This document shows, in pieces, positions 1-11,080 of a DNA stretch of 64,000 nt. The notes beneath the pieces were generated by a model. It saw nothing but the letters and a program-made list of their open reading frames with translations, was not told where the DNA came from and did no database searches. Origin of the DNA: Harriotta raleighana (taxonomy: Eukaryota); the NCBI GenBank assembly GCA_050575255.1, contig JBNZDD010013620.1, positions 2,933,209 through 2,997,208 of the forward strand. The letters are read 5' to 3'. Each line of letters begins with the position of its first letter. Positions within the stretch are counted from its first letter, which is position 1. The translations under genes and the position numbers were made by a program.

Positions 1-37
1 GGTTTAGGTTCACAGATAATTAAAATCTTAATTCCAG

Positions 38-500
38 ATGCAAATGGCATTTATTTCAATAGGATTGGAATATAATAGTGCTGGTCAGACCTCATTTGCA
101 GTACTCTTCAGTTTTAGGCACCCAGTGCTAAGACGGATATGTTAACCTTGAAGGGTATAATACCAGGCTAAATCCAGTCTACCGAGAATTCTAGCTGTGA
201 TGAGAGTACGGGTAGATTGGGTTTATTTTCTTTAGAGCAAAGTAGATTAAGGTTTGATTTGATGAAAGAAGCATTTATTTACACAGAACATTGTGTGGAT
301 GTGAAATGCTATGCCTCTGAAAGCTCTAGAGGAGGAATTGATAGCGATGTTTAGCAAGATTGACAATTACTTAGGCAGTAGAGGTTTTAAGGGTTTGATG
401 AAAGGGCAACACATTTGGATTGAAAATGTGCCAAAATTTTAAATCAAGCTAAAATCTAAATGTCCTCCCCCAGGACATGGTTTCCTGTGTTCTTAACCTG
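38..500 (+). mobile_element. Decayed CR1 LINE 3' fragment
   Basis: 'ctggtcagacctcatttgcagtactcttcagtttt' is a broken LVRPHLEYCVQFW motif, followed by CR1-type 'tttttacacagaacattgtgtggatgtgaaatgc'. Confidence 0.7.
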
Positions 501-744
501 GTACTCCTACTAAAAATGTAGATCTGAAGATGTCAGTTGTCGATAGAATTATAAACAACTGTAATTCACCCTACAAAGAAACTCGCTTTTAAGCACATGA
601 TGGCAACTTGCTCAAAAATGCTAGAGGACAACTGACACCTGTTAAAGCTTAACCAATAAGATTGAAAAAGGGAACCAATGCTTTTGAGAAGTGAAATAAA
701 AAGCAAGGTGAGTAATTATTATTATAGTGAATTATATACACGTT

Positions 745-1300
745 TTTGAGTAGTAGAGGTACTGCATTAGTGGTCTGTTGAAAGCCGTATTGTGTTCAAT
801 TTTGGCCACCCTACTTTAGGAAGAAGTCAGAGCTACAAAAAGGGTGCATAAGAGATTTACTAGGATGTTACCATGGTTGAGTGGTTCGACCTATGAGTTG
901 AAACTAGAGGAACTGGATCTACTGTGGGATAATTGGTTGCAGTGTTTGCCTACAAAATACCACTCTTTACAGTAAATTCCTGTGAAACTCTTTGAGATGG
1001 CTTCCTGACATAAAAGGCGCTGCATCAAATGCAATCATTATTTTTATTTACATTGAAAAAGAGAAGGTTTACGGGAGACTGCTGCAGGTCTTTAGAATTT
1101 AGTTCATTTGGTGAGAAATTATTTCGATTGGTTGTTGAGTCAGTGACTAGTGACAATCAATTTATGGTAAAGGAGGAAAAAAGGAGGTTATTTTTACAAA
1201 GAAAGCTGTTAGGATGTGGAATGCCCTTCTGGGTGCAGTGTTCAAATCCATATTAACATTCAATAGGGAGCTAGATGACAAAAGAGGAATAATTAACAAA
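745..1300 (+). mobile_element. Decayed CR1 LINE fragment interrupted by a SINE tail
   Basis: 'tattgtgttcaattttggccaccctactttaggaag' (YCVQFWPPYFRK) and 'ttatttttacaaagaaagctgttaggatgtggaatgcccttc' (LFLQRK..RMWNAL). Confidence 0.75.
922..1050 (+). mobile_element. 3' part of tRNA-derived SINE (Deu-like core end plus L2-type tail)
   Basis: Similar to the 3' half of the full copy at 33279-33592; ends 'catcaaatgcaatcattatt'. Confidence 0.65.
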
Positions 1301-1304
1301 GATA

Positions 1305-1843
1305 TAATAATAATCCTAGCATTTGATTTCAGGTTGGAACGACGTCCCAAGGTGCTGGACAGTAAGGCATTTAGACCTGGAGGGATAGGATGGTGACCAA
1401 AGGTGTGAACAAACGGAAGGTCTTGAGATGTGCCTTGAAGGACACAAGGGAGGGAGTGAGGCAAAGGGACTGCAGGATGGTTCCAAAAGATGGGGGCAGA
1501 GAGGCTGAAGCCTGACTGCCGATGGTGTGATGGACCATGTTGGTCATGGAGCAGTCCGCACACTCCTGAGCAGAGGCAGTGGACAGGTTGATATGGGTTA
1601 GTGGGTCACAGGGGTAGTAAGGGGCAAGGCCTTGAAGGGCTTTGAAGGCGAGGTCGATGATTTTGAACTCTATCCTCTGGGGAATGGGGAGCCAGTGAAA
1701 CCAGGCGAGGATGGGGGTGACAGTCTCAGGGAGCCTCGTGTGGAAAAGGACATGGACTGCAGGGTTCTGGATGATCTGCAGCTTGTGGAGGAAAGAGTTG
1801 GGAAGGCCAACAAGCAGGGAATTGCTTAGATGTAATAAATGTG
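1305..1843 (-). mobile_element. L2 LINE 3' fragment (RT C-terminus plus 3' UTR)
   Basis: ORF 1371..1889 contains NSLLVGLP...KLQIIQN...HWLPIPQRIEFKI...FKALQGLAP; the L2 tail follows. Confidence 0.9.
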
Positions 1844-2289
1844 CAATAAATAAAAGGGCAAGTCTAACATTTAAATAATTAGTTAGCATTTCATAGATTT
1901 ATTCATAAATTTCGCTTTGTTTTATTTTGGAAAATTCCAGTCAATAACGCTCCTCTAATTCGTGAATTGATATTTGAGTGTGTTTTTTTGCAAAGCATTT
2001 TGGGATATTTTGCAACTAATTTAAGGTTTGTTGCTGTGCTATAAAACTTTCCAGAGAATTTTGGCTCAGTTTGTAAGAAAAAACTTGTTATCAGCCAATT
2101 CTATAGAGTGTTTTTCAAAAAAAATTGGCTGTAAACTATGGTGCATAAATTGGCTGTTGCATCATTTTAACAAGAATACTCAGAGGGGGAATGGTTAAAA
2201 AGAGACTGCAATCTTACAAGCTAAATTAATAAGCTACAAAAAATGTTTTGGTTGGAATACTTGAGGGAGAATTTTATTGCGAGTAAACT

Positions 2290-2425
2290 AATAATAACAA
2301 CTTACATTTATGTAGTACCCTTCAACAAGCAGGGAATTGGCACAGGCGAGCTTAGATATAATAAATGCGTAGGTGAGGGTTTTGGCGGCTCGAGTGGAGA
2401 GAGTGGTGGGGATAGGTCTCGGAGA
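2290..2425 (-). mobile_element. L2 fragment (short tail joined to an upstream ORF2 piece)
   Basis: Translates LSTRAAKTLTYAFIISKLACANSLLV, the L2 segment that precedes NSLLVGLP. Confidence 0.7.
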
Positions 2426-2634
2426 TTTAAATATTAAATAATTCTTGCATTTGAAATATCGTGCCTTATCATTCTTTTGAGATGTCTCAAAACACTTCAC
2501 AGGATAGGATAAAATGCGGATAAATACAGCATCCAATTTAGACACAGTGATGTTCTACAAAGCGCCATGGAGTGACCAGTATTGATTGAAGAACAGTTTA
2601 CTTTTTGTAATCTTTAAAAATACAATTTTGCTTT

Positions 2635-2930
2635 AACAACAACAAAGTAACATTTGTAAGTGTCTTTCGTGTTGGGAGGACGTTCCAAGGAATTCGACAG
2701 ACAGTTTTCCATATCCAAGCTGGGGGGAGGATTGAGGAGATGGAGGGAAGGGAGTTGATCAAAAAGAACAGTCAAAGAGGAGGGCCTTGAGATTTGTCTT
2801 GAAGGAGTAAGGGATGGGTAGAGGCGGAGGGACTGTGTGATCGAGTAGAGTGCCCGAACAATGCTGGGGTAAGAGAGACGGGGAACACGAAGAAGGTAAG
2901 AGCCCGCTGAGTGGAGGGAGTGGGCAATTG
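2635..2930 (-). mobile_element. L2 3' UTR fragment
   Basis: (CAA)n tail, stem-loop remnant, SFKTNLKALLFD. Confidence 0.8.
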
Positions 2931-3284
2931 TTATTTTGCACTTGATGGAGTGCCTTTAATGTCCTGAGGATACCTCAAACCGCCTCACAAGATTTAATGT
3001 AAAGTGTAATGACATTGTATTTTGCAGCTGAGTAATTTGGATTACTTTAGAATTGGAGTGCCATGCTAGATTTATTACTATTGTATTTTTTGAACCACTT
3101 TAGGCTGCTGATACTGTGAAATACATTTAATAACAATTTAGATATGGATGACTACAACTTACAGAAGTCATTTTCCTCACAGTTCTCCTTTAAAAATGCT
3201 GTCATGTCTAGAATGTAATTGTATGGAAGAAAATATCCAGCTTTTATACTATACTATAATATGTAACTTTTGATATAATGCCTT

Positions 3285-3633
3285 ATTACGCCATTGATTT
3301 GTTTCAAAGCTCTTTACAGAATACAGTATACTGTAAAGTGAATTGATTGTATATTTTGTGGAAGAAATGTGGCAGCCAATTGCGCCCAGCCAACAAACAA
3401 TGGTGGATTGAGTAAACAAATTATTTTAAAAAAAATATTTTGAAAGGATGTTAGACTAGGAAAGAGATCTGCTATTCAAGTAACTGCTGGGTTCCTACTT
3501 ACTGTTAGATAAACAGAGGTGTGTTAAATAAGGCAATAAGGAAACTTGTGTAAGATTTTCCCCTGCACGGACATCAAAATCAGGCCCCCTCGCTTGTGAA
3601 GAGAGTGTTCGAACCAATACGCAACAGCACTCC
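3285..3633 (-). mobile_element. Degraded full-length tRNA-derived SINE
   Basis: Tail 'ctgtaaagtgaattgattg', core 'gcagccaattgcgc' and head remnant 'ggaaacttg...ctcgcttgtgaagagagtgttc' align with 62518-62832. Confidence 0.65.
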
Positions 3634-5672
3634 ATCTTATTCCGAACTCTACATAATAATAATGGAACCATGGCTATTTGATTGGATTTTAATACAGGAA
3701 TACTGTACAGAAATAAAACACTGTTCACTATTTCTCATTAGAATGAAGTTTGGCTAGTGTTTTACAAAATTTGTAACTAATCTTACTGTCATCTTATTTG
3801 ATGGCATGATAAAACATTGTAAGACAGGAAACTTTATGTATGAACCCAATAGGAAGTTTTTATTGCTTTTGACATCCAGATGTTCTGGCATTTACATTTG
3901 TGGAGAGGCTGTTTTGGATTCTGACAAACATTTGGGACTACTGCAGCTCAGTCGTCTGGTTTTGGAATACTGTTTTAGGTAATAAAGAAGCTCTTTATAG
4001 CAGCAGAGTCTCAGTGTTCTGAGTGAGGTACAGCTTAAGCTGTAACAGGCTATATAGTCTGCTGTAAAACTCCTGCAGTGTTAATATATTACAATCCAGT
4101 TTTAAGGAACCTATGTTCAGTTGCTTCAGTTAACCAGGCTGCTAGTCTACATTATTCAAAATAAAGCTACCATGTTTTAGCTACATGCACAGCAGAAAGC
4201 CTAATTATTAACTACATTATTTGAGACTGACCCCCCCCCGCCCTCCTTGTATGTATGAAAGCAATGTGGATATGGGATCATAGTACAGAGTACAAAATAC
4301 GGTGGTCACCATAACTTTTCTTTTGCAGATATACTTTTTGCTCCAGAGGATGTATAGTAAGGAAACTTGCCTAAGATTTTGCCCAAGTGTTTACAGGTGA
4401 TGTGATACCAATAACAAAGGGATGCATTTCCATAAGCATCTCCATAATGTTCGTAAGGTGTCATTGTGCCTACACTAGTCTGTCTAGCATTCAACTTGTG
4501 CACGCAGGCCAAAGCATTAATCCATCTGAAGATTGAGTTTGATTTATTCTTGTATTGTGGGCAGTTCTCAAAGGATTTCTGATTATTTATTGGAAAAGGC
4601 GTGGTCAATGTGTTTGTATTTTCGAAAGGAAGTAAAGACAAAAGATCCTTGAGAAGCTAGTTTAAAGTTGTAGGAAGGCCCTCACTGGTTGAGAGAAAAG
4701 TTTTGAGGTCTCTAAATATCTGGGGTCAGTCTGACCATGTGGTATTGCATTCCCTGCAATATTGGGTGATGGAGAGAGGTTGGCAGCTGTGTATAATCAT
4801 CTCATTACACATACTGGCAACTACTATTTGATCTTGTTCCATCCAATTATGTGGATTTTTGCAGCTTCAAATGTAATTAATGTAAGTTGTTAAATGTTTG
4901 CTCAAACAATGGTATCTGTTGGCATAGTTACCCAAGTGGATATAATGCAGTATTTTTGAATCCTAATATAATTTTTTGTATTGAGGCTTTATCTTGATCA
5001 AATATTCCACCCAGTTATACAGGTTAATTAATATTGGACAAGATCATGGGTGCAGTCTGATAAATTTCCTGTTTTGGTAAATTACAACCAAAAAAATAGT
5101 TTTGTGTAGAAATGTTGTTATCAGAGCAACAAACATGTACTAAAGGGATGTGAGAAAGAAGCCCTAGTATTTCTAAACAATTAAAATTTGTTTCATGAAA
5201 ATGTGAGCGAGCTTGATAAGAGAGATGCTAAAAAGCACTCAAGATCTACAATGAGTACAACAGAATTTTTTCTCCTAAGAATTCATTTTCATAAATAAAA
5301 TGTAGTCCTTTGAAAGATTCTTCACACCATTAGTGACGCATGAATTTAAGCGAAGTGGAGCTGATAACTCATGGTTTTTCACTTTGGAGTTGTTTGATTT
5401 CCTTTGCTCAATTCAAATCTATATCTGCATTCATTTTGCAGTTGTAGACCACTGGAGAATAATGTGCAAAAAAAAGGATGCTTTTGGGTTACATTTTTCT
5501 CACTTGACATTGTTGATTTAAAAAAAAGCTCAAGATCCATCCAAGCATTTTTCATTCCTATTGCTCTCTTGGTGATTGCTTGTGAAAGATCTGTTGTTGA
5601 TTTAATAACCAGAGCCAATCTCTTGCATGCATTTTTTGGACTTTTTCTCTGTCAACTTTCCTTCTGTGACTA

Positions 5673-5765
5673 ATAATTATAATAATAATAATCCTTGCAA
5701 TTGATATAGCACTCACATCTATTTGTCTCAAAGCGCTTCACAGAATATACTGTAAAGTGAATTGC
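5673..5765 (-). mobile_element. SINE 3' tail
   Basis: '(aat)n ccttgcaattgatatagc...tctcaaagcgcttcacagaatatactgtaaagtg'. Confidence 0.8.
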
Positions 5766-6740
5766 CGTGAGCTACAAGATTCAAAAAGGTTGTGTCCCTC
5801 TAGTAATTTAGCCTCCCTAGAATTTTGGCCCCATTCTTTAATCCCTTTTCCTGTGCACAGCTGTCATGAACTGAATATGAGAGATGTGTTACCAGAAGCA
5901 TGTCAACTTTTTGAATATGCGAGCAATGAAGAATTTGGTCCCAAGCAAATTGATGTCAACTTTCATTTCGATGGTGGTACTTCTGCTCTTGCTGTTTACA
6001 ATGAACCTATGTAACACTGTGCAACTCGATGCCTGCAAATCTGTTATAAAATGGCATAGCAAGTGGCACATGCCAGTCAGCTTCTGAGAATTTAGAAACA
6101 ATGGGGGTAATTGGTTCCACCATTGTTTTATTCTTTGGAAAACTTTCAAAACAGTTAGAAGGCAAACGTTGATCATAGTTAGTCAAAAACTCTTTTTAAG
6201 TCTTCCCTGTTGCAAAGGCATGAATCAGTTAGTTATGCAAATATTGTTCAAGCAATCACTCTGTTGGGCAGAGGTGGTTACTTGATGATATTTCTACTTG
6301 GCATTCATGTTGCTTGCATTTTATGAGAAATGCTTTATTATGAAGTATAATTCCCTCAATCAAGTTATATCTTGATTTTTCAAAAAAAGTTATTAATATA
6401 TCTTTTGAAGATATGTTATAAATACCCAAATGTAACCCCGTGTCCCAATTTTGTAGTTCAGCAGACTTTAGTTTTGAACTGATGTAAAAATTGCAGCAGA
6501 TTCATTTCTCTGCTCAATATCAGACTTACAGAGACACGTAGGAATGTATGGAACTAGAAAAACCATTTCAGTACAGCTGGTTAGTCCCAAAGTAAAAATG
6601 TACCCCGTGCTAGTTACTCTGTTACATATTGCTCAATTGATTTCATTGCCGAATAAATATCGTATTCTTGCATTTGTGATACAATGGTTCTTGACTAGTC
6701 TTACATTCTTTATGTAAAACAATTAAAAGTAAACTGCGAA

Positions 6741-7095
6741 CAAAACGCAAAATACTGCAGATGCTGGAAGTCACAAACAAAAACAGAAATCGCTGGGAAC
6801 ATCAGCAGGTCAGCCAGCATTTATGGAGAAAGTCAAGTGAGTCAACGTTTCGGGTTCAGGACACTTTGTCAGAACTGATGAAGTATTAAAAATGAAATAT
6901 GAAATGTGACAAAGGTTGGTGGCCCCGAAAAGTTTACACACTTTCCTTTCTCCATAGGTGATTATATGTGAATCCAAGTTATAAATATAAATCCAAGTTG
7001 TTGTTGTAGGTGCTGCCTGACCTGCTGAGTGTGAAAGGCGCTCTACAAATGTCATTTTGTTGTTGTTGTTCCCAGCAATTTCTGTTTTTGTTTCA
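6741..7095. mobile_element. Palindromic non-autonomous element, probably Penelope-like (pLTR-derived), with degenerate hammerhead cores
   Basis: Left arm 'aaacaaaaacagaaatcgctgggaacatcagcaggtcagccagcatttatggagaaag...' is the inverted complement of the right arm '...ctttctccataggtg/ctgcctgacctgctgagtgt/tcccagcaatttctgtttttgttt'; CTGACAA..cccGAAACGTT on the - strand at 6844-6873. Confidence 0.65.
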
Positions 7096-7439
7096 AACTG
7101 CCTGTTTACTTTCCCTTTTCTGCTCTTGAGTAATGCCTATTAATGTACAATTGAATGTACTAAAGTACAATCTAATGTACTATTTACCTATATACCTTTA
7201 GATTTATTTCATTTATGCTTTCCTTATATTTTGAACATTTTCTTTTGTATCTTGTATTATGTTCCTTCCCCAGCATCTCTACACAGCCACATTTAGGAAA
7301 GGTGGTAGAGGGCAGAACACTAGACTTGTTTCAAAAGGAGCTTTGTGCAGTGATTGGAGTTGGTAGGATGGGTGTTTTGGAACCATGAGGTCTGAAGCCT
7401 TCTTCATCGAGACCAATCTTGTGATCTTGTAATTCCAGC

Positions 7440-7620
7440 TATCAATTTAGTTGTGCTTTAGCTGTAAATGTCAAGATATTCCAACAGTGGTTAAAATTGT
7501 ACACAGTCCTCCAAGTGATCTGCATAAATGCTCTGTACAAGATCTTTTTCTGTCACGTATCCCTTTAGTTGCACAACCCCAAAATCATGTTTGCTCCCTT
7601 CATTGCTACGACACAACATT
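7440..7620 (-). mobile_element. CR1 fragment
   Basis: Translates ...DLVQSIYADHLEDCVQF, a decayed LVRPHLEYCVQF region. Confidence 0.65.
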
Positions 7621-8070
7621 GATGAGTTAATATATCTTTCTAAATGAAGCATCACCCCCTCTCCCCCTCTGGCAACCTCTTTCTCCATAACATTGCCTGT
7701 GCAGGTTATAAGTACCAACTTGCCTACTAGAGCTTTGATTTACACGAATAACAGTAACTGAATGGAAAGAATCTCTGAACACAGGCCTGCCCCTCCAATT
7801 ATTGCCAATGAACCAGGCTGGCTGGTCTGTCAGCACCAGTGCTCTTGTATTGAGGACCATTCTGGTTCAGAAACTGGACTACTGTACTATCTTACTAAAC
7901 AGAAGTTGAAGATGTAGTCACCTTGATCTATAAAGGGGGTTTATGTGAAATTGGGCAGAGTATTTTACTCTCATTTAATCAACCATCTCCCAAGCAAAAT
8001 TGGTTAGTCATTTCATGACTTTTTTTGGTCAGCTGGGTGTCGGAATCTCGTCACATTGCTTAAGCGTAAC

Positions 8071-8248
8071 CAAACTGAAAATTTCTTGCATTTCACCTGC
8101 ACGTGCAAATCCCAGAGATAGATTGTTGGAATGGAATGTGCAATCTCTCACTGTAGGCACGCATCCTGCTTATCCAATTCCAGAAGATATTAGGCGCAGA
8201 GCCAAGGTTTGGGGACCCCACGGTGTGCGTTGGTGTACCGCTGGATTA
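8071..8248 (+). repeat. Unclassified ~180-bp dispersed repeat, copy 1
   Basis: Shares 'aaatcccagagatagattg', 'gcatcctgcttatccaattc', 'atattaggc' and 'agagccaaggtttggggacccca' with copies at 34797, 38058 and 55549. Confidence 0.8.
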
Positions 8249-8559
8249 TAATCAGCTAAAGCAGATAGGTTGCCATTGATATTGCTGTCTGCCAAGCTTT
8301 CCTATTGCTCGTGCAGCTAGGACCACCCTACCCATTAGGATTGAATTTGGATTGAATGGGATGAATCCTTGCCCCCAGTGGCTAGTCTGCCCTTCCAGGT
8401 CCGGCCTGGTCATCAGCAGTGCCTTGGAATACTGCAGGCCTGCCTGGCTCAGGAACAGGACTTTGCCACAGAGGACTGGCACGATTCTAACATTCAGTTG
8501 TTAAGCACATCACCTTGGACAACTTCCCTCCCACTCCCCCACAGAATAGTCATGGTGAT

Positions 8560-8790
8560 CATTGCTACACAGAAATCGGCTGCCACGTTTGCCCTTAAAG
8601 TACACAATCCATCTTTGTTATAGTATATAGCTATCAATATAGCTATGCTGTGAAGTGCTTTGAGACATCTCGAAGTTGTGATCAAACAATATATAAAATG
8701 TATGGATCAGTATTAATTAACATTCTATGAAGTGTTTGAGACGTCCTTCTGACGTGAAATATGTGACATCAAATGCAAGTATTATTACCG
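8560..8790 (+). mobile_element. Two tandem SINE 3' tails
   Basis: 'gtgaagtgctttgagacatc...' and 'gaagtgtttgagacgtccttctgacgtgaaa...atcaaatgcaagtattatta'. Confidence 0.65.
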
Positions 8791-8899
8791 AGACTGCCAC
8801 AAAGGATTAACTCGATTCCGATATTCCATGATCAGGCATTGTTGGAGCCAGCTCAGCGCCATGGCATTTTGTTACCACCTCTTCCTATATCCTGTAGAC

Positions 8900-9090
8900 T
8901 AATACTACTTATTTTGTGCTCCCACTGCTAATTTTCCTTCCTCAATCTCACTACTGTACTTTGCTTTTGCCGCACGAAAGTACATCTGCCAGTTCTCAGC
9001 CAGTTCTCCAGTCTAAACCAAACGCTTTGTATTGTTTCAGCTTTTCCCCTGTTATTTATAACTCTTCCTCCTTCCCCCTCACCATCTGAT
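8900..9090 (-). mobile_element. CR1 RT fragment
   Basis: Reverse strand reads RLENWAENWQMYF..AK, the CR1 L..WA..WQM.FN..KC motif. Confidence 0.7.
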
Positions 9091-10071
9091 GAATTGAGTG
9101 CAACTTGATGGATGAAGTGTGGTCAACTAGCGGGAAAGCTGCTAAATACAACAACTTGCAATAATATAACAAAGTTCATATAAATAACCAACATACACAT
9201 AAATAATCAACACACACATGTGGTCACGGATTGGCACAAATATTTATGAACCAGAATTAAACTTGAGTTTATTTAATCTTGTCCCTTTTAATTTTGTAAT
9301 TATGAATAAGGTACCCTCCGAATTTCATTTTGAACAGTCATTGTGTGCTTGTCTGATCTTTCTTTTGTAAGATATATCAATCTAGTTTTTTTCTGTGAAA
9401 ACTTAAGAATGTCACCATCCTTATCCCTTTTAAATAATTAAATGAGCCATGACAATGTGAGGTTGCTGTCAGTAAGCATAAACTTTCAGGATGTTTCAGC
9501 ATTTCAACTGTGTGTTCAGCTCCTTGATTAAGTTTCAGTTATATCTTGTGTTTATTACAGTTATTTCATAGAGAAGTTCTGAATAGAGACTTTTGTTCTG
9601 TGATCAGGGGCCTTCCCTGTACTTTAGAAAAGGTCTATTCAGCTCTGTGATTTAAAACTACGTTCCTGGTCTGAACATCCATCATGTTGGTGATAGTGCA
9701 ACTTACTTTTTGTATCAGAGCCAGGGTTATAGCCATGATTAATTGGGTGTCCCAGGATTTGAAACCAAAAAGCAGATTTGTGGGGGGGAAGTGGGGAAAA
9801 AACTAGAATAAGTTCAATTCAAACTGAGAAAGGGAAGGAAAAGGTAGGAGCTGGAACAAGCCAAAAAGGCAGAGCAGGGATAGCCTTGCACAATGTACAC
9901 ACAGACTCTCTGGGATAGTGCAATTGTATAATTTGTTCAAGTGTTACCTTTTCAAATTGTGGCATGGGATATTTAATAATAATTAGGCAGATAGGAACTT
10001 GTTTTTACTATCATCCAAAAGATGACATCTCCAGCAATGTACTGTTTCCCCCACCAATGTACTGGAGAGGA

Positions 10072-10365
10072 GTAATAATAATAATGACCCTTGATATAGT
10101 GCTTTTCACATCTTTCAGATATCTCAAAGCACTTCACAGAATAACAAGAACAATAAAATTCCATTTGTATAGCACTTTGCACGTCGGGAGGATGTCCCAA
10201 GGTGCTGAACAGTCAATGTTTCAGACCCAAGCTGTGGTTGGGATCAGGCAAGGGAGGGAGAGAGGTGGAAGGATGGCAGAAAGAACGATTGAAAAGGAGG
10301 GTCTTGAGACCGGTCTTGATGGAGGCAAGGGAGGAACTGAGGCAAAGGGACTGAGATGGAGTCTA
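10072..10365 (-). mobile_element. SINE tail followed by L2 3' UTR
   Basis: 'taataataat...gatatagtgcttttcaca' then 'aacaataaaattccatttgtatagcactttgcacgtcgggaggatgtcccaagg'. ORF 9964..10503 is read across these repeats. Confidence 0.8.
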
Positions 10366-10469
10366 TATCAATGCAAGTGGGAGGACGCTATATCAATGAA
10401 GTTGTTGTTTTCGTGGTTCCCTGATTATGTCATCAGTGTTGATTCAGTGTTTATGAATGTTAAGAAAAG

Positions 10470-10810
10470 CAGGGATTGGCCTGGGAATCAACATGGATTT
10501 TAAAAGAGCAAGTCATGCTTGACTAGTTTAATTAAATCTTTTGAGGCAATCTTAAGAGTGTTTGTATAAAATGAAATGTAGTTGTATAATATATATCTAT
10601 ACAGTATATGAAACTTGTATGGATTCTTACAAGGCATTTGATGAAGTGTTATTAAGAGACTATTCAAAAACGTTAAGGTACAGGAAGTTAAAGATAATTG
10701 GCCAAAATATAGGAAAGAAAGGGAAATTGTTCATGGAGCAACATTCGATTGAACAGAGGTGACAAGCAGGTGCCTCAGGGTCATTGTCAGGTCTTCTCTT
10801 GTTTACTTCC
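10470..10810 (+). mobile_element. CR1 reverse-transcriptase core fragment
   Basis: NQHGF*KSKSCLTSLIKSFE, MDSYKAFDEV and GVPQGS-like 'ggtgcctcagggtca'. Confidence 0.85.
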
Positions 10811-10946
10811 CTAAAGCCAATGCTCTCCCTCACATCAGACTCCACAATCCCATCACCCCCGGTATAATTATAATACAGTGATAATAATCCTTGCTTTTGA
10901 TGGTGTCTTCTCACATCCTTGAGACATCTCAAAGTGCTTCAGACAA

Positions 10947-11080
10947 TCTATAATAATAAAGACAAAGTGTCTGTCTGTGTGTCAGTGTATCTGAAACTCA
11001 CGCAATAATCGAATGACATGATTTATACCTCGTCGAAAAGGTCTTGCAACTGGTAGTGTCATGGGCATATTTGGGGGGCA
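10947..11080 (+). mobile_element. Possible 5' end of a non-autonomous Helitron
   Basis: A|TCTATAATAATAAAGACAAAGTGTCTGTCTGTGTGTC start, interrupting a SINE tail after an A; no 3' hairpin-CTRR found. Confidence 0.4.
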
